This document shows, in pieces, positions 54,657 through 64,000 of a stretch of DNA of 64,000 bases. The notes beneath the pieces were generated by a model. The model was given only the letters and a program-made list of their open reading frames with translations, had not been told where the DNA came from and did no database searches. Position 1 is the first letter of the stretch; every line of letters begins with the position of its first letter. Source of the stretch: Octopus vulgaris (taxonomy: Eukaryota); contig OX597821.1 in assembly GCA_951406725.2 (NCBI GenBank), forward strand, positions 71,796,001 to 71,860,000. The letters run 5' to 3'. Made by a program: the position numbers and the translations under genes.

Positions 54657-57186
54657 ATCCTTAATCCTTAAATCCTTAAAAATGTTTTAGCCCGAAGGCC
54701 GCGGCCATGCTGGGGCACCACCGCTGAATGAGCTACACTAGTTTGTGAATCCACCTCTGATACGTGGCACTTGATCAACAAGGGAGTTCGATGCTGCTGC
54801 CCGCATCCGCGTCTCCTGTCGTGAGGTAGGTTCATCTGGGACCCCCGACAAGAAGAGATCCAGTTTAGTTTTAAAGAAACCCACATCCGCACCATGTAAG
54901 TCTCTCAGGCATTTAGGGAGGATGTTAAAGAGCTGTGGTCCTCTGAAACCCAAGCTGTTGCAGTATCTGGACCTGTATTTTGATGGTGATGTTGGAATCC
55001 TTGGCACCACGCAGCGGCGCCCCGTTCTGCGGTTGGAGTAACTTTGAATCCCAAAGTTTGGGACAAGACCCTCCAGGATTTTCCAGATGTATATCACTGC
55101 ATATCTCTCCCGCCTCCGCTCTAGGGAGAAGAGGTTTAATACCTTCAGTCTTTCCCAGTAGCTGATATTTTGCATTGAGACGATTTTCTTTGTGTAGCTT
55201 CTCTGAATTGCTTCGAGTTCTGCTGTTTGTTTTATATTGTGTGGTGACCAAAGTTAGGAGCAGTAGTCCAAGCGGCTGAGGACGAATGTTTTCCATAGGA
55301 CCATCAGTGTCTCCTTCTCTCTTGTTCTGAAAGTTCGGAGAATCCATCCAGCTAGCCGTCTGCATTTTATCACCAGATTAGCAATATGCATTTGGAAAGA
55401 TGCATCATTGCTCATGTCAATGCCCAGGTCACGCACTGATTTTGACTCAGGGATTGCAATTCTTCCTGGGCCAGTGTATCCAGTCTTCACGTCATTTACC
55501 TTTGTGTGCCAGTAGCGCAGGGCCTGGAACTTACCTGCATTAAACTGCATGTTGTTGTCCTCAGCCCACCTGTATATTGTGCCCAGCTCATGTTGCAGAT
55601 GCGCAATATTTTCAGGGTTTTGTATTGTGTGGGAGACTTTTGTGTCATCTGCATAGCTAGCAAGGGTGGTCATCGTAGCAACTGAAGGCATGTCTGAAAG
55701 GGCCACTATGAACATCAGTGGCCCCAAGACAGTGCCCTGTGGGACACCGCTTGTTATTTGCGTTTCCTTGGAGGTGGCTCCATTGCTCACAACTGCCTGT
55801 TTTCTGTCTTTTAGGAAGTTGTGCAGCCACTCTCCAGGTTTCCCGCCTATGCTGAGACCACGCAGTTTGTGACAGATCATACCATGGTCGACTTTATCAA
55901 AGGCTTTTGCAAAGTCGAGATATATTACATCCACATTTGAGCCATTTAGTAGCTGTTTCAACACCCAGTCATAGTGTTGCTGGAGCTGTGTTAGGCAGCC
56001 TCTACCTAACACAGCAGCTGTGTTAGGCAGCCTCGAAATCCATGCTGGGTGTCAGACAGCAAGTCATTTTCTTCAAGGAACATGATTAGTTTCTTACGGA
56101 CTATTCGTTCCATGACTTTGCTGATGTGTGAGGTCAGAGAGATAGGCCTATAATTTTTAGCATCTGCTCTGCTACCTCCCTTATGGATAGGGCATATTAC
56201 CCCCTCTTTCAATTTGACTGGGAGCTTACCACTTGCAAGAAAGCTCTGAAAAGAAGCTGTAGCGGTTTTGCAAGGGCTCGTTTGCACGATTTGAGAAGGA
56301 TCGCTGGGAATCCATCAGGTCCAGCAGCTGAGTTTGTGTCAATCTCATCAATGGCTAGTGTGATATCATCATCTTCGATGTTGATGTACTCAATTTTTGT
56401 CTCTTTGGCCGTAGGTAAAGTGGCAAAGAATTCTTCTGGGTTGTTTACTTGCCTGTGTCCTAGAGGTGTAGTGAACACACTTTGGAACTGTTCGTTCGGT
56501 ATTTCACTTATCCTCGTGGGATTTCCTGTGAGAGAGCCATCTTTTTGGAAGAGAGGTCCTATTCTCTGGTGCACTGTGGCTGTCTCTTTGGCAAACTTAA
56601 AGAAAGCTTTAGGGTTTGATTTTATATTTTCTATTACCCAAGCTTCTTTATCTGCTCTCTCCTTTTCATGGGACTGATGTAGACTTTTCTCAGTTTCCAT
56701 TAGCATTCTTTCGAGCTGAGACTTCTCACCACTTTTGGTGTGCTTGCTCAGGCGGTTTGCAATCCTTGTCCGTCGTCTCATAAGAATCCTCCTTTCTCTA
56801 TGGATCCTGCTTTTGTTCTTGTGTGTACTGGCCCTGCACACTGGGACATATTTGTCACATATGGCTTGTATTATGGACATGAAGTGTTTGTGTTTCATGT
56901 TTATGTCCGGTGTGGAGAGACATTCAGGCCAATCCTGTTTCAGGATCTCTTTCTCAATCAACTTCCAGTTGGCTTTATGAAAGTTTAAGTTGGAGAGATG
57001 GTGGGTGCTTCGTATAGGCTGTGTGTCTGCGGGGGCTTTTGTTCCATACATAGACAGCTCTATTATGTTGTGATCCGAGATCATTGTCGGCATCACATTA
57101 ACATTATGGATAATATCCATATTGTTTGTGAAGCAGAGATCCAGTATATTATCAGCCCTTGTTGGTTGCAGAACTATTTGCTCAAT
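54657..57186 (-). mobile_element. CR1-group LINE (APE-RT ORF2), 5'-truncated, frameshifted
   Basis: EN end [15 protein letters not shown]; RT motifs YRPISLTS, YLDFAKAFDKV, GVPQGTVLGP, YADDTK; C-terminal LERRRERY; stop at 54738; short 3' UTR and (TTAAGGA)n tail; TA-rich tracts on both sides. Confidence 0.95.
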
Positions 57187-57229
57187 TATATATATACATA
57201 CATATATATATACATATATATATATATAC

Positions 57230-57268
<39 letters not shown>

Positions 57269-57417
57269 CTTACGTACATATATATATTCATACATATATA
57301 TATACATATATATACATATATATGTATATACATATATATACATACATATATACATATATATATACATACATACATATATATATTTATATATATATACATA
57401 CATACGTACATACATAC

Positions 57418-57463
<46 letters not shown>

Positions 57464-57635
57464 ATACATATATACATACATATATATACATACATTAATA
57501 TATATATATACATACATATATTTATATACACACATATATTATATATATATATATATATAAATATATATATAAATATATATATATAAATATATATATACAT
57601 ATATATATATATAAATGTATATATACATATATATA

Positions 57636-57686
<51 letters not shown>

Positions 57687-57690
57687 ATAT
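57187..57690. repeat. degenerate (TA)n/(CATA)n tract
   Basis: Directly visible; forms the spurious N-terminus of ORF 56209..57600. Confidence 0.95.
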
Positions 57691-57694
57691 ATAA

Positions 57695-57923
57695 TCATAT
57701 CGAAGGGAAATGGAAATTAATAGAAATTTTCACTTCCAATGGCCTAGCGTGTAAAAATTTAGTCCAAAAACTATGTATTGCGCATAAAATACAGTGTACA
57801 TTTAAACATATAAGGAATCCGCTCGTGGGATTCAACACGCTAGAAAGAACTCAGCTGTTCTTTGTATCGTGTTGAATCCCACGAGTGGATTCCTCATGCA
57901 TTTAAATGTACACTGTATTTTAT
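57695..57923. repeat. pLTR-like fragment ending in a 67-bp-arm foldback
   Basis: Inverted arms 57784-57850 and 57857-57923 with a 6-nt loop. Confidence 0.8.
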
Positions 57924-58479
57924 ATATACATATATATTTACATACATACATAACAGCAAGAAACCTCTAGAAAATAATGCCTCGATTCCTGAGTACATTT
58001 CAATTTATAGACATGTAGCAGTCTCGCATCGATGCAACTTCCTGTTCTGCACATCTGTGCATTTCATCTTTTATTTTATTGAAATCATGTTCCATTAGCA
58101 AACGTTTTGTGTATAATTGGAGTAATGCAGAAAGGTCAGACAAGCAGGAATGTGATACCCCCACTTTCGTCTACCTCCCACCATACTAAATATGTAACCA
58201 GTCAGCAAAAATAATATTAAGTTGTATATATTTTTTGCTGGCTTGCTTGATTAAATATCCACTCTGGTTTCTTACAAACAATTGAAGAAAACCCGACGGT
58301 TTTACAAGTGTGGTAAAAAAAAAACTAACAAAATACATTGTTTTGTTTTACGAAATCCTAACTTTTCTTTAGCAATCTCAACAGCGACGTAGTTACTAGA
58401 CAGATCGAAAAGAAGTAGAAATACGTAGAAAAACTTGCTCTGGAAACCAGTTTTGATATTCTAAGGTATATAAGTATAC

Positions 58480-58510
<31 letters not shown>

Positions 58511-58597
58511 CATACATACATACATACATACATACATGCATACATACATACATACATACATACATACATACATACATACATACATACATACATACAT

Positions 58598-60530
58598 CAT
58601 GATTAAATGCAATTGAGAGAGAATACTGTACCAACACTAACAGTAAAACATACAAAATTGATGCAGAAACCTTCGCTATAGCAGTAAGCAAACTGCAGAA
58701 TGGGAAGGCACCTGGAAGGGACCCAATAGTTGGATATAGGTACAAGAATCTGACATCTTATAGAAACCAGTTGATATCTATTTTCAAAAGGACTATGGAA
58801 GGTCAGACTGATATACCAAATTGGCTTGCTACAGCAAGGACAAATATTGTCACCAAAAATGAAATCGCCGAGATGACAGAAAACTACAGGCGCATTGTTT
58901 GTCTAAACATTATGTAAAAACCGTACACAAATTGCCACAACCAATTTCTCCAGGACCGTTGTGAATCGAACAACATTGTGACTGATGAGCAGGCTGTTGG
59001 AAAGAAGGAAGTGTGGGGATGTGCCGAGCAACTTTTAATAAACAAAGCTATACTGCCTGAAGTAAGAAAACAACGTAGAAACATTGTGACAGAATGGTTT
59101 GACTATAAGAAGGCATTCGACTCCTTCCCTCATTCATAGCTGTTGATGTGCCTACATTTAGCAAAGGTACCTACCACACTAACTGCTGCTATAGAGAGAG
59201 ACTCACAAAGACATGGACAATTCTCATCCTTCCAACTGAGAACAGAACAACTGTTTCAGATACTATAGGCATTTCAAAGGGAAGATTCCGGGGAGATAGT
59301 CTTTCTGTACTTCTTTTCATTTTGGCACTGAAACCATTATCGTTCCTACGCCACAAAACAAACTGTTACATGCTAGAATCTTCAACTGCCAGAAATATCA
59401 TTGTAACTCATAATTTCTTTGTAGATTTATGCTAAAAGTGTTAACAATACCAAAAAACAACTGGAATTAATAACAATATTTTCATCTGATGTAGGCATGG
59501 AATTTGTTTATAGAACGAAAATCAGTCCTCAAACCCAAAACCTGTGCATGATCTCCTTCATTCCACACAAGGAATATTACAAGTACCTAATAGGGGAAAA
59601 TGTATCATATGAGGGCACTGTGAATAATGATAGAGTGACTCGAGTATATTACACCAGACTTAGGAAAATATGGCAGTCGGAACTCTCCTCTTACAACAAA
59701 AAAATATCCCACAAGGCATTTGCAGTATCAGTACTGATCCCAACATTTGGGATACTTGATTGGTCTGCAGAGGAAATCTGCTCCATAGATATCAAAACCC
59801 GCAAAATCCTGACAACAACTGGGAACTTCCACAGAAACACTGATGTTGACAGATTCTACCATGATGGTGGTAGAAGCCTGAGATCAATGCCGCATATTAT
59901 CATTCAGGCAGCGCCTGCTGAACAACAGCAGCAAAAATAAATATATAAATGCAGTACTGAAAAGTGAAGAGAGCAACATTGTACGAGTTGGCAGTGAGAT
60001 CCTTCAGAAGCACTCTAGTCTGTTGATCCCCTATACAGCTCCAAAACAGCTGGGCTCTCTTACCTCAGAGAAGACTTGGATGGAGATCACTCAGCATACA
60101 AAATGTAAAAAGACTATGCATGGGTATGTTACCTGGAAGCTTGAAGAAGACAGTAGAATTGACATGGAGCACAGCCTCAATTGGACACAAGACCATTACA
60201 TCACATTACACTTTGAAGGCTATGCCACAAAGTACCTGGTGAACAAGGTACTTTGTAATCCCAAGAAGCAACCGGATATGTAGACTATGATATGTTTCTG
60301 TGGAAGACATCACGCATGTGATTAGCAGCTGTCCTAAAATGTCGTCACAGTACTACCTGCCTATGCGGCACAATGTTGTTATTAAAACATTCTACAATGC
60401 CATCCGCAAAAAAGAGTTTCCTGAAATAAACTAAGAAAACAACACTGTTATGAAATACATTCATAAACATCAGTGCAAGGAATACTGGTGGAATATTCCC
60501 GTCAAAACGTCTGTCAAATGTAAACATGAC
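58598..60530 (+). mobile_element. R4-clade RLE LINE fragment (RT to start of RLE)
   Basis: KAPGRD, NYRRIVCLN, EQLLINK, DYKKAFDS, GDSLSVLLF, then EDITHVISSCPKMSSQYYLPMRHN...EYWWNIPVK, homologous to the 17351 copy; preceded by (CATA)n; cut by a SINE at 60530. Confidence 0.9.
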
Positions 60531-60821
60531 AAAGTCGACCTCGGCGGAATTTGAACTTAGAACGTACGACCGACGTGCTAATGATTCTTATTTCTTTATT
60601 GCCCACAAGGGGCTAAACATAGAGGGGACAAACAATGACAGACAAATGGATTAAGTCGATTACATCGATCCCAGTGCGTAACTGGTACTTATTTAATCGG
60701 CCCCGAAAGGATGAAAGGCAAAGTCGACCTCGGTGGAATTTTAACTCAGAACGTAGTAGCAGACGAAATACTGCTAAGCATTTCGCCCGGCGTGCTAACG
60801 TTTCTGCCAGCTCGCCGCCTT
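60530..60821 (-). mobile_element. SINE family A (one full copy plus adjacent fragment)
   Basis: AAAGTCGACCTCGG(C/T)GGAATTT occurs at 60531 and 60720. Confidence 0.9.
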
Positions 60822-61904
60822 CAGCTGAGCAGAAATATTAATGTAATATCAGCTTACCATTAGTATATATCAAGGTACTTACGACGTGTTGTTTTATAGC
60901 GGGGCGTGGCGTTTTTATTTTATTATTTATTTTAAGCTGTCTGTTGCGCGTTCACTAAACTTTCTGAATAGTGTCAAAACATTTGGGAAAATTACCTCTC
61001 ATTTAAATACTCCGTTTTGTTAACTGATTCATGCGACAGAAAACACGAGTTAAGTAGTAGCTTTGTTGATGCTTGAGTTTTATGAAGAGATTAAACTTAA
61101 CTTCGTAACATTATAGATATATTCTATTACATTTGATTATTCATAATCTTCATCAAATCATTATAAGGATTCATATTACTCTCCGTTTCACTTCTGTAAA
61201 CGTAAATGTATCCATATATACCTCCATACAAATCATATTTATCGCGTAGTTTTACATCAAGAGGATACCCTACTCCCTAGTTTATACTATGTTACAGTTT
61301 ACGAGAGTTATGAGAGCCGTAATCTGAAATCTAGTAAAACACCCTCGTTGCATATCCTACATAAGGATATCTTATTTAAATATCTACTTATGTTAATCTC
61401 TACTACGACACACATATAGTCGTCCAAATATTGCAGGATTTAACTTGAAACACGTTCGAGTATTACAGCATTAATAAATTAGTCTCAAATTCATTCATTC
61501 AGTTGTTTATTTTTAAACACAAAACAAGTAAAGCCACGTAAAATAATGTCACTATGTTGTATTTTATTTCATATCTGAGATACCGCTCGATTCAAATTTT
61601 TATAACTATACAAAGTGTTTCTTTGCTTATAGACAGACATGATAAGTGGTAATACAGGAGGAGAAATTGCAACCACATTTTCAATAGTAGAACAGACGCA
61701 TGTATCAGTTAACAGCACATACAGAACGCAGACATATTGCATGCCGCGAATTGAGACAAAGCTCTGTGAAAGTAAAATATAAAACAGAAGGGTTGAGGGT
61801 TATTTTGAGATGATAATTATTTCTAACACAGAGAACAAGACCACCCATTTGAAGGCTAAGGAAACATTCGATTGTACAAACCTCAGTATCGTCTCGTTCG
61901 TGTT

Positions 61905-62030
61905 TTATCAACCCTCGTAAGGATGAAATGCAAAGTCGACGCCGTCAGCATTTGAACTCAGAACGTAAAAGCGAAATACTGCCAGGTATTTTACTCGGCG
62001 TGCTAGCGATTCTGCAAGATCACCGCCCCC
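61905..62030 (-). mobile_element. SINE family A, 5' part
   Basis: GGATGAAATGCAAAGTCGAC..TTTGAACTCAGAACGT. Confidence 0.8.
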
Positions 62031-62087
62031 ACTACACACACACACACTTATATGAATATGTGTAAGTATATATATATATATATATAT

Positions 62088-62690
<603 letters not shown>

Positions 62691-62851
62691 TTTGTGAAAT
62701 TTGATTTAGTATTTCTAAATTGAATTTTTCCCTGTAAGTTTGGAATAATATTCCCTCATATTATATATATATATATATATATACAAGCCAGGGATGGAGT
62801 AGCTGGTATTACATTTATTCCATGGATTACAATTGTTTTATCAATTTGCAG

Positions 62852-62914
62852 GGGACAAATGAAATACCATGGAGTAGACATGGATGAGAACAACAATACA
62901 GTCATGTCCTTTCG
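62852..62914 (+). CDS. candidate 63-nt coding exon, (x)GQMKYHGVDMDENNNTVMSF(R)
   Basis: Acceptor TTTTATCAATTTGCAG|, donor CG|GTAATG; only one frame open; phase 2-2; non-repetitive; protein not recognised. Confidence 0.4.
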
Positions 62915-64000
62915 GTAATGTCTTGCATAATTGCCTCCACAGACGCGCGCGCGTGCGCTCGCTGTGTGTACGTTGCGTGTGTGTGTGAGCGTATGTGTTA
63001 GCAGTAGTACTCAGGTAACACATGAATCAATTATACTTGAAATAAATTGCTTTAAAAAATTTTGTGATTTTTCCGTTGGTGCATAAATTGACACAGAATT
63101 ATTGAATCCCAGGAAAACTTTCAGGCTGAGCTTCATAAAAATGTGCAAAAAGTAAACAAAGCAATATAGACTTTAAAATATCAGTTTGCATTTCCATTGT
63201 ATGTTCTTGGAAAACATGCCTTTTTTTTCAAAATACTACACTCATTTAAACAATTACTGTTTCATTGTCCATGAAAATATTCCACAGAAATGAAAAAATG
63301 TGGGAAAAAGTATTAAAAAACATATTAGATTAACGTATAAAACAAAAAGAAATGCAAAAATAAGGTAACACGTATTGGTACTTTAGCTGCCTCAGCTGTA
63401 AGTTTTAGTTACTTAATATTTTAACTGGAGAAACAAAACAAAAACTAATCATTACTAAATTTCGTAGACCACCTAAAGTCTGGCAGAGAAAGATTATGTT
63501 TAACGCGGATACAGGAAGGAGAAAGATTTCTATAAGTTGAAACTGTCATAAAATGCCGACTGTTTGACGAAAAAAATATTTCGTAAACAATAAAGGAAAA
63601 ATATAAATAGCAACGAAACAGAAAATAAAAGAATTTCATAAACGAAGTCAACGAATTCAAGGCAGAAATGGCGGTTGTGAGACGAACGGAGAAATAGAGA
63701 AAGGGTAAGAAAATGCTACATGGTGAAAAAAGCTAAGAACTACGCTAATCATGTAACTACAGGAGAACAGGGTAAATAGAGAACAATGAATCTCTTACAG
63801 AGAAAAAACTGGACAGGATGCAGATATATAAGTAAACATCGCACTCCTTGTCAAGAAATCTAGAACTCGAATCAAAGACTGAAGTGTATTCTTATCTGCC
63901 TCATACCACAAACCATCGAAAGCGTGCCATTAAGCAGAATATCTTAAATGCAGAACGTATGGAAATTAGGAAGAAACGATTCGAACATCAATTTTGGTTT

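Noticed and set aside
56209-57600. 463-aa ORF as an intact protein
   Set aside because: The first ~140 aa are microsatellite; the rest is a frameshifted LINE ORF2 piece.

Overview
AT-rich, microsatellite-saturated eukaryotic DNA, intronic or intergenic. The SINE families and simple-repeat content suggest an octopus (cephalopod) genome; this is an inference. Almost all listed ORFs are translations of microsatellites or SINEs. The identifiable content is mostly mobile elements: three tRNA-type SINE families in many copies, a 5'-truncated CR1-group LINE, five R4/Dong-type (RLE) LINE fragments associated with (TAA)n or (CATA)n tracts, a TIR-complete pogo/Tigger-type DDE transposon, Tc1/mariner remnants and MITEs, a non-autonomous Helitron, and an RTE-derived element. 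Penelope-like material is also present, including a decayed GIY-YIG ORF. The most notable signal is a set of at least seven hammerhead-ribozyme-like motifs, most with palindromic or near-palindromic stem III. They sit in short TA-flanked units, several arranged as partial tandem or inverted repeats; these include an inverted twin pair with covarying stem I and one hammerhead split by a SINE. Two phase-compatible candidate coding exons (28038-28109 and 62852-62914) may belong to a + strand host gene. All motifs were read by eye; no alignment, folding or database search was run.
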